Assembly: GCA_013265495.1 (NCBI GenBank) | Contig: MU058384.1 | Coordinates: 929,622-984,753 of the forward strand | Length of the DNA stretch: 55,132 bases | Source: Vicugna vicugna | Lineage: Eukaryota | Reading direction: 5' to 3' | Part shown: piece after piece, positions 39,035-52,940 of the stretch | Layout: each line of letters opens with the position of its first letter | How positions within the stretch are numbered: the stretch's first letter is position 1 | The notes under the pieces: generated by a model | Told to the model about the DNA's origin: nothing | Database searches by the model: none | The model's input: only the letters and a program-made list of their open reading frames with translations | Position numbers and translations under genes: made by a program

Positions 39035-41150
39035 AAAAAAAATTGACCAAATTATATGCTGTCAAAAAGGACTTTAGTTAAAATGAAATAATATAAATAA
39101 GATAAAAAAAAAGTAAAAGGAAGGGAAAAGACAGGCCATGCTACATTAATCAACAGAAAACAAGACTGGTTATATTAATATCAGATAAAGCAGACACTCT
39201 GGAACAAAAAATTACCAGGGAGAGAATGAGACACTGAATCCTGCAAGAAGATACAAAAATCATAAATGTGTATGCACCAAACAATGTAAGTGAAAGAGGT
39301 GAAGTAAAAACCAAAAGAAGAAATAAATTTACAGTTATAATTGGAGATTTTAACACTTCTCCTTCAGTAGTTGACAGAACAATTATACAAACAAGTCAGC
39401 AAGATATAGAGGATCAGAAGGTCACTATAAACTAACAGGATCTAATCAACATTCAGATATGATAATATAATACTCAACCTGACAATAGCAGAAAACATTT
39501 TTACAAGGGCCTATGGAATACATACCAAGGTAAACCATATCTTGAGCCAAAAGGAAAATCTCAACACATTCAAAGTAAACAAATTATTCAGGGTATATTC
39601 CATTATCATAGTGTAACCAAACTAGAAATCAATAATAGAAGAGTGAAAGGAAAATCTGTAAATACCTGTAACTAAACAATTCACATCTAAATACGCCACA
39701 AGTCAAAAGGAATCTCAAGTGAAATAAAAATTACACTGAGTTGAATGAAAATGAAAACACAGCATATCAAAATGTGTTGGATGCAACTAAAGTAGGCAGA
39801 GAGAGTAATTTATAGCATTAAATACTTATATTAGCAAAGAAGAAATGCCTGAAATCAATAATATAAGTTCCTATCACAAGAAACTAAGATATTAAGAGTA
39901 ATATAAACCTAAAGCTAGCAGAAGGAAGGAAATAATAAAGATGAGAAAAGAAGTCAATGAAATTGAAAAGAGAAAAATAATACAAAACACTAATAAAACA
40001 AAAACTGTTTCTTTAAAAGATTAATAAAACTGATCAACCTCTAGCAAGACTAATAGAGAAGACAAATTATCAGTATCAGGAAGGAAACAAGGGATATAAC
40101 TACAGACACTGTAGACATCAAAATAAAAGAAAGAGAATACTATAAATTATTCTACACACATACATTTGACAACTTAGATGAAACAGACTACTACACCCAA
40201 AAGCACAAGCTATCACAACTCACCCAACATGTGATAGATAATTTAAATAGCCCTATAAGAATTGAATTCACAATTTTAAAAACTCTCCAAAAAGAAATCT
40301 CCAGGGCCAAATATTTTCATTGGAGAATTCTCTCAAATATTTAAAGAAGAATTAACATCAAGTCTACTCTTTCAGAAAATAGAAGAGGAAACATTTCTGA
40401 ATCCATGTACAAAGTAAGTATTATTCTGATACCAAGACCAGAAAGAGATGATATAAAAGAAAAAAGAAGAAAACTATCGATCATTATTCCACATGAACTT
40501 ATACACCAATATCCTTAACAAAACATTAGCCAATAAATTCAGCAATACGTAAAAAGAATAATACAACATGACAAAGTGGGGTTTATTCCAGGAAAGTGAA
40601 ACTGGTTCAATATTTAAAATTCAATCTATGTAATTAATCATACTGACAAACTAAATAAGAAAAATCTTATGATTACATCAATTGCCAGAGAAAAAGCATT
40701 TTAAAGTATTAACATTCATTTATGATAAAAAAAAAACTTTCAGTAAACTAGGAACGTGGGAGCAATTTCCTAAACTTGATAAAGAACTTCTACAAAAACC
40801 CTTCAGCTAGTATCACATTTAATAATTACTGAATGAGTTTCCTCTACAATTATAAACAAGGCAAGGATACACTAGTCAACATAATAATGGAGTTCTAGCC
40901 AGTGCAATAAAGTAAGAAAAGGAAATGGGGTGATGGAATAGTTCTGTATTTTGTTTGGGGTGGTGGTTACACAAACATACACATGTGATAAAATAACAGC
41001 ATACCATTAAGCCAACCTGATCTTGATACTTTAGTATGGTTATGCAAGCTGTAACAATTGGGGGAAACTGGATGAAGGGTACATCAAACCCCTCTGTATT
41101 TTTTCAACTTCTTGCAAAACTATAATTATTCAAAATACTTTTTTTTAAAA
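39035..41150 (+). mobile_element. Old L1 (L1MC/MD-like): EN to early RT region joined to 3'UTR
   Basis: tatgcaccaaac (YAPN), ggagattttaacac (GDFN), ggggtttattccagga (GFIPG); abrupt switch at ~40925 to 3'UTR gggtgatggaatagttctgtat. Confidence 0.85.
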
Positions 41151-42769
41151 GGCCACAAGTCACAAAATCAAGAAAAGTTAATTTTAGAGCCTAAACAAAA
41201 TCACAAAAATTGGCAGCCCGAATATTTCAGAAAAAATATTAGAAAAAATACCTCCAATGTGGTGAAGGTAGGTTATCTCAAAGGCTCTAGGATTTAAGAC
41301 ATATGTAATATGTTTAAGTATGTGTGTGTATTTATATATATATATAAAATTTAAGGATCCTCCAGAAGAAAGATAGAAGGCAACATATATTCATATATCC
41401 CATATTATTAAATAATATTTTCCCAGGGAATCGAATTGTAAATTATCATACATCAGGTAATGTAAACTACTGATTGTGAAGTATCACTTAAATATCTGCC
41501 TTAGATAAGCACTATAAGTACCTAAATAAAACTCTAAGTATAAATTGCTGGAGCAGATGTGCATTGAAGAAACACAGGAAATGCTGTGAAGTTCAAATAA
41601 AACTAAGACAAAAAATAATTCTATTTAGTCAAATCTAGATACATTTAGAGAACTAGTTTTCAACTTTTCAGCCTTCATAGGAAATGTAACAATGTTATGC
41701 TTAGGGATCTTGTCCAGAAAAAATGAAAAGTAGCCATCTGCACTAACATTTTAGGGAAGCTTTTCCTTACCCACAGATTAGCTTGTTTGTCCCTGGTAAA
41801 TATTTCCATAAAATTTTACACTTCTTTTTAAACTTACTAACTTTATAAAGTAATATAGTTAATAACTGTCTTTCTTAATGGTCTATACGTTTCTTGGGAG
41901 ATGGACAAATAAATATACTTCTATATATTGACTGATCAATCAATTGAGCAATATATAGATATATATTTACCTCATTGCTATCCCCTAAAATCTAACACAC
42001 TGAATTGTATAGTGTATATACTCAATATGTGTGGAACCAATTATTTTTCCCAACTTAACAGATGAAAATTTCAAACTCACTAGTTAAGGAAGGTCTAGCC
42101 CAAGGTCAAAGTAAAGAATAGATGTTAAAAATGAAGGTAAAAACAAAAGGTTAAGAATGAGGTTACAAAGGAAAAATAGTAAAGGTGGAGATATTTTAAT
42201 AGTTTATATTTAGCTCAGCCCAGTACCTCTTTATTGAGGGTCTATTACATGCAAGATAATGTTTTTGCTGCCTGGTCTTTTGCATTTAGAAATATTAGAA
42301 ATCTTAAATGGCAGGAACCATACCAAAACTAGAAACATTCATGATGTCTCATGTGAAAACTTGAGCGAAATGGATGGCTTCAGAGTTGATATTTAAATAA
42401 AAACAAATGTTGTGTATTTATATGTCTTCTGTTTCTCTAAAGAAAATGAAAAATTCTGCATATGGTTTTGTCTCTCTTTAATAAACTACAGTATAACATA
42501 TAGATAATAGTTTTTTATTTATTTTAAAACCTAGTTAATTAAAAAATTTAATGTGCTCTACCTGGAGTTTAGCAAATAAAATTCTCTTTCTACCTTTAAA
42601 CTGAAGGTACATAATAGGAAATTAAAAGGAATTTTATTAGACACTAACTGTTATGTCCTTTAAAGAAATCAACTATGTATCCTGATTCTCTTACATAAAA
42701 AAGCCAAAATTTTCCAGTGTCTGAGTGAAAACTGAGATGCTTGAATATGAATTCAGACAATGCAACTCA

Positions 42770-42960
42770 GCAAAAAGAACTCTGCACATAGAATCAGAGA
42801 CCTAAATTCTCTTCTGTCATTCTCAAGGTCGCAAAGAAAGTTCCATGGCAATTTTAATTTTGCTTTCCAGGGTTTCTAGTTTCTCAGTTGCACAATGATG
42901 GAATTCTTGCTTAATCTTTCCTGTCTGAATCCATAGTGTTTAATGAGGCACAGGAGAGCT
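42770..42960 (+). mobile_element. MIR SINE
   Basis: aaagaactctgcacatagaatcagagacct...tagtttctcagttgcacaatg. Confidence 0.5.
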
Positions 42961-42979
42961 GAGGAAGTAAATTACTCTC

Positions 42980-45900
42980 AATTCATCATTCATTTATTCA
43001 CTCACTCACATAATCATTCATTTGTTCATCAAACATTATTGAGCAAAGTATATTTGCTCAAAGATTAATAAGATTAATAAGATACTTTCCACTGACACAT
43101 CTGCAAATAGATAAATCCCATTAAAAAGCTGTATGAAGGTGGAAAAACTAACTCTGAAGCAGTTAGAGGTTTCTACTTTGAAGCATAACCCAAGATCTAG
43201 AATATGGTATTTATTTATTATTTAATTCAATTCCATAAGTAAAGTGAGCATTTATTGAGTGCCAAATTTATGACAGGCAGTGAGTGGGCCATGTGCTGGG
43301 GAGAAAAAAAAAACTGCAAACAGGCCTCTGTCATTAGAAGTTTAAGGGCTACAACTTATAACAACATGTTATATATTTGAGTGCAGATTGCTGTAGATTC
43401 AGAGTTGGATAATCTAACCCAAACCAGGAGTGAGAGGTCAGGAAAGGCACCACAAAAACATGTGCTATTTGGGTTTGACCAGTCAAGTTTAGGATTAAGT
43501 GTAGAGGTATCTACTCCATCCATAATAACACTTAGACTTCCCTCGGAGAACACCTTTCCTGCCTCATTAATCCACTGTCCAAGTGGTGCTCTATCCGAAA
43601 TTCCACAGATAAATATAGTGCTTTTGGTGAACTCAATCACTGCATGGGATTCTCCTTGCTACAGTTACTCTTCAATAGTAAGCATATTATCCAAGCCTAT
43701 TATTCCAGCAGCCCAGTTCACAAATTGACTCCGGGATGGGCGAAGAACAAAATTAGTTCACATAGATTGACACTCAACATTTGCATAGATGTTACCAAAA
43801 AGAAACTGGGCTTGAATCGACTATATTGTAGGCCAGGAGCTACTGGAAGCCATCCTGTCAACCACATTTGACCATGTGAAGGTCAAATAGAAGAAAGTAG
43901 AACCAAGAGCTGGAGTGGGCCAGGGTATAGGTGAGAACAACACAAAAAAAGCACTTAACATAGAGAAGGTGTAGACAGGTGGTCGACTAAGGAAGGTGCA
44001 AGAGACAGTGATTTTTTTCCATAAATATTAGGAAAAAAATGACTTTGGAGGATATCAGCAAGATTGTGGTGCAGAAGAATCTTTAGCAGCAGAGTGACAA
44101 TGTGATTTTTGAAACAGATTTATCCTTTGTGTAATGAATGAAGTGAAAGAAGACTGAAGACAGGTAAATGAGTTAAGATGCTTTTGATGTCATCCAGGAA
44201 AGAAAGATGAGAGTCAAAATATAAGTGGAAAGAAAGAGAAGGGGAGAAATGGCCAATATCACAGAGGTAGAATTAGCAGGAAGTGGGAATTGAGAGTGAT
44301 AGGAATACAGGCTGGATTCCAAGTTGTCTCTTGAGAGGAAGAATGAATAATGAGATCAATCACCAAAATAGGAAGTACAAGAAAAGGAACAAGCCTGGGT
44401 GAAAAAGATATTGAGTTCTGTTTCAATCACAGTAAGCTTTAGGTACTTTGACTTATGCAAGTAGAAAGACTCAATAGGTAATTTACAGGTTGTTGCAGGA
44501 GATGAGGTTTTGAAGTCTTTTACAAATCAGCTGTAAATAGTTACATATATAGATGAGTTAAAATGGAGCGAGTATGCATCATAAGATGAAAGAAGTTAAG
44601 ATTGTGATTCCCAGAAAGAAAATAATAAAATATAGTCAGAGAGCCAAGAGAAACTTGAATCCTGGAAACCAAGGGGAAGAGAGAATGGATCTAGGAAGGG
44701 ATAATCAATACTATTGAAAAACAGCAGATTTTTTTTTTAAGATAAACGAATAACCATCATTGTATTTGCAATAAAGACATTTTGGCAGTCTTGTTGAAAC
44801 CTGATTTTTTTCCACTAGATTCAGGACTACAGGTGTGATGAGGGAAATGGAGACTTTGAGGGTAGAACTGTAGTTCAATAACTCTGGCAGTAAAATGACA
44901 GATATAGATGGTAGTGGCTTGAGGGTGTGGGATAGAAAAATATTGATTTAGAATTTTTGTTTGCTAGTTAATGTAGAAGGCAGTTATATTTTTATGCTGC
45001 GTGGGAAGATCCAGCAGGAAAACTACAGCTAAAAATATGGGAAAGAAAAGGTGTAACTGTTAGAGTGAGGTCCCTAATGATGCAGGAGAGAATGAACTCC
45101 AAAATGGGAGATTAGAGGGAGGAATTATGAATGGAAAACAGGGGTAGAGTTGGGGTTAACTGAGTAACCGGGGCCTGGGTATGGTGGTGGGAGGATAATG
45201 TGATAAAGATGTGGGAAATGGAGAGGTATACCAACACAGGGAACTGAAGATAGTTCTTGCCAATGAATGAATTTAATGAGTGAATGAACACAAGAAGGAA
45301 TGAAGTGCAATTTGAACTGGAAATTTGAGGACAACTAGTGTCCTGCAAGTGAATGAAGAGCATTTTAGGCAAATGTAAGAGCGTATGCAAAGATTCAAAA
45401 GAGTAACAGACCTTCCAGATTTCCACCCGGTGGTGTAAGATACAAAGACTTGAGTGTACTTTAGGGTGATGATGGAAAATAAAAGACTGGAAAAAATTTC
45501 CAGAGATAGATTGTTGGACATTTAGAACTAGATAGTACGTATTTTCACCTGTTCTAAAGAATACGCAGAGGAAGGACTGTGTCAGATTTCTTTTTAGAAA
45601 CATTATACTAGCAGCTAGGCAAAAACTCATTAGTTGGGATGGAGAAAAAAGGTTAGATTCCCAAGGCATTTTTGAGATAGAATCTACATTTGATAACCGA
45701 ACAAATGTGAGTCATAAAGAAAGGAATCAGTAGAGCATGACCCTAATAGAAGAAAGAGCATTTTGAAGGTATATATTTAAAGAAAGCCCACCTGGATTCT
45801 CTGCTCAAGTAAAAATAGGCTTATTTCAAACAGTCAATTCATAAGGTAAATCTAGTATGCATTTACCATATATTTAAACATAATTTTAAGTGCCCATGAT

Positions 45901-47320
45901 CTTCCAGACACTCTACAAAGCACTGAAGCTATAAATAAAGCTCACCTCCTGCTCTCCAACATCTTCATAGCCTTTTAGAAAAAGCAATGAGTAAATAAAA
46001 ATGAAATGATGCAACACTAGAAACATGCATGTGGTAGTGTGAGAGCAAAAAGAGACTGCCTGACTGCTTATGTGCACGAGGAAAAGTTTCACAAAGATGA
46101 GTTTGAATGGTGGCTTGGAGGATAAACTGTAGTTTTTATAGGCAGATAAAGGGAAGGAATGATAAGAAGAGTAGCAGGGGAAGTAGACCACTCAGTTGAA
46201 CAGAAAAATTCCTTCAAGGGCAAGAGAGAGTAGCAAGCTTTTGGAGGGTGTTATTTGGGGGGAATATCAGGGTGTGAATCTGAATGGGCAAAAAAGTGTA
46301 GGCACGAAAAGTCTTGAATGCCATGACCTTGTCTTTTTCCCTGATGACCAAAATGCTATTGATGATAGTGATGATAATAGGGCTACAATGAATATTTATC
46401 ATGTACTTACCATGTGCCAACAGTTGTGCTACTACAGATTTATAGAAATTAATTCATTTCTTTCTCCCAGTCACCCTGTAAGTCCAATATTAATACCACT
46501 TTGCATATTAGGAAAATGAGAATCAGAGAGGGTAAATAAATTGCCCCAAATTCACCAACTAGTTAGTGGAGAAGCCAGCATTCAAAGCCAAGTTGTCTAC
46601 TTCTGTAACATTAACCACTTGATCAGACTGCCCCTGACAGAGATGGGGAAGACTTTAAAGATGATATAATCAAACTGCCTATTTGAAAAAGTATCTCTGC
46701 AGTTGAAAAAATGGCTTGAATATCAAGAACTGGTTATTAAAAAGTTCCTGCAGTGTTCCAGGCAGCCAAACATAAGTATGGTCATGGCGATGAGAATAAA
46801 GGACAGATCTGAGACTATTTGAGGACACAAATTGGCAGAATCTGTCAACTGATTGATGTTTTTAGGATTGGGACACAAAGGGGAGAAAAAAGGATGATAT
46901 ATAGGTTCCAAAGAAGAAAACAAAAAATAGAAATGGTTTAGTAGGAGCAGATGAGAAATTTAGAGCATTTTATCTGTGAGTGATGTGGACAACACCCAAG
47001 CAAAAGTCAGTAGTTCACAATTATACTTACAGGATGAGTCTGTAGATGTAAGAGAATGGTTAGGGCTTTGCATGGGGACTCAGAAATCATCAAAGTAGAA
47101 CACATATTTGAAAATATGAGTGTAGGCATAATTTTATAAACAAGGGTGAAGAATAAAAAGAGAACAGAGCTAAACTGAGATCATTTCGGGGGGGCAGCTC
47201 ACAAAATGATGTGAATTAGACTTGCAAGAAAAAACAAGGGTTAGAAAGAAAATCAGAGGAGAGAGATGTCCTAGAAATAGAACAGTAGCAGGAAAAGACG
47301 AATTGTAAGGTCCAAGGTTC
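42980..47320 (-). mobile_element. Cluster of fragmented antisense L2 elements with interspersed MaLR/MIR pieces
   Basis: (ttca)n tail and catttattgagtgcca; purine-rich L2 motifs (tgagttctgttt; gatgagtttgaatg; gatctgagactattt). Confidence 0.65.
46370..46630 (-). mobile_element. MIR SINE
   Basis: tacttaccatgtgcca...caccctgtaag...ggaaaatgagaatcagagagggtaaataaattgcccca...agtggagaagccagcattcaaa. Confidence 0.8.
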
Positions 47321-50300
47321 TAGGATTCCTTAACAGTGTCCTTTACAATTGACAGTGATGAGGTCACCAATTAAATAATCTTTTGAACTGCACTAGCTGG
47401 AGATACTTGCGGTCTTGGGCTACTAAACTGTCTTCCCTGAGCAGCTCATTGCTGTTGATGGAGGAAGCTGACTGACAGATGCACAAAGATGACAGCTATG
47501 CAGCCAAGATACCAAGAGACTCTCAGACAATGTTCTCGTCTGGCCTTGCCCCCAGATGGAGCTGTGTGCTCATCAGTAGAACTATAAAATGGTGTAGCAT
47601 GGAGTGGGGAAAGTTTCTTTAACTAAGACCATTTAAAAACTTGTCAAGGCAGCATTTTTCTTCTGAGGTAAAGCATCTGTTCTCTGTCATAACTTGACCA
47701 GTATTAAGTGAAAGCTTATTCTTTGCTTTATACAGGGAAACACCTTCCAGTGTTCACTGTAAGAAGGAGATTCTCAGAAGGTATTAATAACCTGCTCAGT
47801 AATTTCCCAGATTTAAATTACTTAAAAAAAAAACCCTCTCATCTAATATGTACTCAACATAGGATATACAACTTCATGAGAATTCTACTGTTTGTAAAGG
47901 CCCTTCTTTCAAATGCAATGGAGGCTAGAAAGTACAATCATAAAGTGACATTGGTTTCTACAAACCAAACAAGAATTTGGTCTTCTTTGTTCAAGGTCAT
48001 ATATATCATTCAATTAAGTGCCTAGATTAAGGAGGGTATGCCGATATACACATGCTTTATATTTGCAGAGCCACACATGTATATTCAAAGAACTGAAGAA
48101 TTCAGAAAACTTGAAGTGTAGGTATAAATTTTTCAAAGCTATTAATATTTCATGTGAAATTTTGATCTTTAGCTGTTTCTTTTATAATCGGTACTACCAG
48201 ATCTCATATTTATGTCTTTCATTCCCTTTTCTCACTTTGAAATGGTTGATATATTTACATGAAAATGACATCTTTGTTCCTTAGAAAATCATCCATGGCT
48301 TACTCTCTGCCCAGAATTACAATAATCCTATATTTGTGACATCTTAATCACCTCCACAGCAACCAACTGTGAGGACAGAAACAGGATTAAAACTTCAAGT
48401 GGGAAATAAAAAGGTGGAATTCAGGAGCTCTTCAAAATCAGTTTTTTTTCAAACTGAATATCCTGAGGAATACGAAAAGATTTTCCAACAAGGGCTATAA
48501 AAATACAGAGAAAATACAGCAGAACTGTTTATCAAAGTTTGCCTTGGTATGTCAGCAGGTCCTTTAGAACTGACAGTGCTGATCTAAACGTTTTGATAAT
48601 AATAGAAGTGTTAACAGTGACAGGAACAAATAATATTAAACACTGTCAACTATAACATTTCATTTTCACTGGCCTGATGTCACTGCTGCACAGAAGAATG
48701 AAATTGAGGAAAAAGAAATTTAACTATTGAGTCATCAGAAATAAGGCTTTTTGTAACAACGTTGGCAAAGGTCACATTGACATAAAAAAAAGGGAGAGAA
48801 ATGAAAGAAAGGTGAGAAGTTAAGAAGGAATGAAAGGAGGAAAAATGAAAGGAACTCAATCATGACCCCCATGTGTAATAGTGACTGAAAAAAATTTTTT
48901 ACAGGATACATACAAACAAATATGTAATAAAGAAAAAATTATTTTTAATATTATTTAAAACGAGTATCTTCTTACAAATGTATAGGAACCAGATGTTGAT
49001 CTCCATCTCACTACTACGAACAAAAAAACAAATCCTAGTCTATTTACTGAGGAGAAATATGTGAACTTGGAGCTAGATTTCTCAGCCTTGTCCTAAAGGA
49101 ACATAGCATTATTCACATAAACTTAACATAATTGATTGTTTGAGAACATTTGCTCATTAAATATTTAAGTGACTTGTGATATTATATTCATCTGTAAAAT
49201 CCATTATGAAAGTGTATACTGTTAAGAGTCCATAAATAGGTAAATTTTAATATTTGTTTGATGTCTTTATTTCACAATCAATTTAAAGTAAATATAAAAA
49301 CATACGTAGTATAATCAAAGGTATGTTCCCAAACATATGACTATAAGATTTTCACTAATTGTCCAATGGAATAATCAAATGATGTTCTAGACCAATTTCA
49401 ATATGTAAACTTTTAGGATGTAGATAAAACAGTGAAACATTTTATAGATACTAACTTTATTAAGTTAGGTATATGAACCTGTTAACATATAATCTAGTAA
49501 TCCAGATGTACATTTCCACTGTTCACATTTCAAGCATTTTTTTCTTAATTTACAGTCACCCATCATCCCACACATCTATTGAATCATCTAGCAAAGAGCA
49601 TGCCATGTTAATTGCCATCTATGTTCTTTAAGTTATACTTTTGAATTCAAGTGCGACGTTACCTAGAAACACCTAAACCACAAGTACATGATTATGAGCA
49701 AATTTTAAAACATTTTCCCTGTAAGTATATATTTATGATCTCATTAGAATTGTTTAATTCCATTTTTATGATATTGAACACTAATCATACATTTTTCTTA
49801 AATTTCTAAATTCTCCCTCTTCCTCACTTTTTAAAAATTTTGTCGAGTCATCTGTATTAGCATATACAACCTTTGAATTTACTTCTGATATGTCTTCCAC
49901 AAACATTAAATTATTCTAAAAGTTAAGAGAGTTGAATGGTTTGAGATTTTTAGAGGCCCAAATTAAAGGCAAATTACTACTTTCTGAGGCATGTCTTTGC
50001 AAAAGACAATTTCTGATATATACATATATGTATATATATTTAGAAAATTGAGAGGCCTATAAATGTGAAAATATGAATAAAAGAATAATAAAATCAGGGG
50101 CAAGCTTTACACACAGAATTACAGCCCTATGTTATTAGTATGACACATGGGCGAAGCCTTAATTTCAGCTCTAAATTTTGAATCAAAAAAAAAAAAACCC
50201 AAAAAAGAACAGCCTTAGATCCAGAATTCCTGAAATATTAAAATAATGGTTTGAGAATAGCACTTTTGAATTTTCATGGTGGAAGGGAGTTCTTTGATGA

Positions 50301-51579
50301 TTTTCTGCTATCTGATGTACATATCTTAGAATATGGAGGCTTTATTGTAACTTACCATTGTATTCTAATATACTACTCCCTTTGATTATTTGCATATCAG
50401 TTGAGCTCCTGCTGTGTCCTTAACACTGTTCTGAGCTCTTAATTCTAGTGAGGGTGCATTTTCTGAGATTTAGAGCTCCTACTGTGGGCTCATGAAGACA
50501 GCAGCAAGTCACTTACATCAAGGGGATAGAACTGTCTCATTCTCCATTCTCTCTTCTTAACAAAGCCCTTCTGTGCCTAGCAGGGGTGGTGGGGCAGATG
50601 CTGCTCCTAGAATCTTTTTTTTTCCTTTACCCTTTAAGCGTCTCTCTGAAGATATCCACTAGCACAGAATGTGGTTTTAAGGACAATGACTAAACACTAC
50701 ATCGTCCACAGTTGACATCATGATGAAGTTGAATTTGGTTCTGATAGAGCCTGATTCTGTCTAAATTTGGTTGAACCCAGGGGGTCCAGCACAAATAATA
50801 CCCCAGTGTTTACTAACTCTCTCAATCGCCAACCTCCTCCAGAAATTCCAAGCTCTCCACAATGTATGCCTTGTACGAGTGTAGCTCTCTGCACTCAACC
50901 TCAGAGCCCTGACCCTGTCAGGGCTTATTAGAGGTCATGTACCAGATGCTGCTCATCAAATGGCTGAAACATGATAGTGAATTGAGTCTCACGCCACATA
51001 GCATGTTGTTCTCTCTAAATGCACTACCTCACTTGCATGCCCTTCAACTTTTAGGGGAGCCTTTGTTTTTTTCTACTTAAATGGCCATGGCACCTCAGTA
51101 CTTTTTTCTTTGACATTAAAAGATGATTCCTCTGAAGAAAATAGATGGGAAGAATAGGTCATAAAAGTCAGGACAGCTTCATGGATTTTGCCATCTACAC
51201 TCTATGAAAGTGGAGATCTCTATATTGCTCTAGCAAAATCAGTAAGGCTAGAGCAAGAGTCTGAGATGATGCTGTAAGCTATCATCATTAGCAGGATAGA
51301 ATAGCTTAGCCAAAGAGGGTCAGCAAAGTCACTTCTGTACCCACCAGAAAGATTCAGCTACAGCTGGGGCAAAGATGTTGAAACTTTGATAGGGTAGAGG
51401 AGAGGAATGGGAAGAGTTGCTGAGGAAGAAAACATTTCAGGGTATCTTCCCTGACAAGGTGCTATTTTTATAAAGAGAAAATGGGCACTGGAAAAACTCT
51501 GCAGATACAGATACAGTCTTAACCAAGAGATTAACACTAACGACATCAAAAATAGAACAAAGCAATTGATAGGATACAA

Positions 51580-52040
51580 GGGAGAGAACACAATAGACAG
51601 ACACAAACTGAGAAGCATGCCACAAAATAAGTAGACTGTACTCTTTAAACTGCCAAGGTCATAAAATACAAAGACTAAGGAATTGTCTCAGATTAAAGGA
51701 GACTAAAGAGTAGAATACAAAATGCATCACAGGCATGGGCTGCTCTCTGGGTGATAAACTGACTAAAGTCTTTGGATTGCATAATAATAATATATCCTTT
51801 TGTATTTCCTGATGGTGATAAGTGTGCTGTGTAAGTATATAATTTTTTTTTTCTTTTTTAAGGAAATACATGCTGAAGTCTCTAGGGGTAAAAGGGCCTT
51901 GGATATTCTCAAAGAGTTCTGAAAAGTAATGACATTTATACAGAGAGTGAGGAAGAATAATTAAACATGGTAAAATGTTAATGTTTGAAGAATGTGGGTA
52001 CATGATATTATTTTGAAAGTTAAAAAGTTCAAAAAAATTA
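51580..52040 (+). mobile_element. Old L1 3'UTR (L1MC-like)
   Basis: aaggtcataaaatacaaagactaaggaattgtctcagattaaaggagactaaagag...aggaaatacatgctgaagt...ggtaaaatgttaa. Confidence 0.75.
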
Positions 52041-52444
52041 CTCAGAAGTGCAATTGATTACATTAGAACTGTTGGCTTGAAATATCAAAGGAACTATTTC
52101 AAGGCTATGATTTACAATTTTCATTGACTTCCTTGACATCTTTTTTGTTTTACATTTTTTTATTGAGTGATAGTCATTTTACAATGTTGTGTCAAATTCT
52201 AGTGTAGAGCACAATTTTTTAGTTATACACGAATATATATATATTCACCGTCACATTTTTTTTCCGCTATGAGCTACCACAAGATCTTGTATATATTTCC
52301 CTGTGCTATACCATATAATCTTGTTTATCTATTGTGCATTTTAAAATCCCAGTATGTCCCTTCCCACCCCCTGCCCCATGGGCAACCACAAGTTTGTATT
52401 CTATGTCTATGAGTCTGTTTCTGTTTTGTATTTATGGTTTCTTT

Positions 52445-52798
52445 TTAGATTCCTCATATGGTATTTTTCTTTCTCTTTCTGGCTTACTTCACTTAGAATG
52501 ACATTCTCCAGGAACATCCATGTTGCTGCAAATGGCGTTATGTTGTTGGTTTTTATGGCAGAATAGTATTCCATCGCATAAATATACCACTTCTTCTTTA
52601 TCTAGTCATCTGTTGATGGACATTTAGGCTGTTTCCATGTCTTGGCTATTGTAAATAGTGCTGCTATGAACATTGGGGTGCAGGCGTCATTCTGAAGTAG
52701 GGTTTCTTCTGGATATATGCCCAGGAGCGGGATTCCTGGGTCATAAGGTAAGTCTATTCCTAGTCTTGAGGAATCTCCATACTATTTTCCACAGTGGC
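52445..52798 (-). pseudogene. L1 ORF2p C-terminal remnant, copy 2
   Basis: Same remnant as 18406-18775 with a 2-nt and a 14-nt deletion. Confidence 0.93.
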
Positions 52799-52940
52799 TT
52801 TCCTTGCTTCCCTCTCCCACTCTTAATGATTTAGATGTCTTCTTTTACAATTTTGTGTTTATTCTTTTTGTAATTCATGGCAGTTATCTCCTTTCCAGTT
52901 CTGAGTTTCTCATTTGTGTAGCATCCTGCTTCTCTTCTAT

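Noticed and set aside
40900..40950. Internal deletion in an old L1 as a second non-autonomous family
   Set aside because: Single decayed copy; post-insertion deletion is the simpler explanation
45112..45669. 185-aa minus-strand ORF
   Set aside because: Overlaps purine-biased L2-like sequence, has biased composition and shows no recognisable domain
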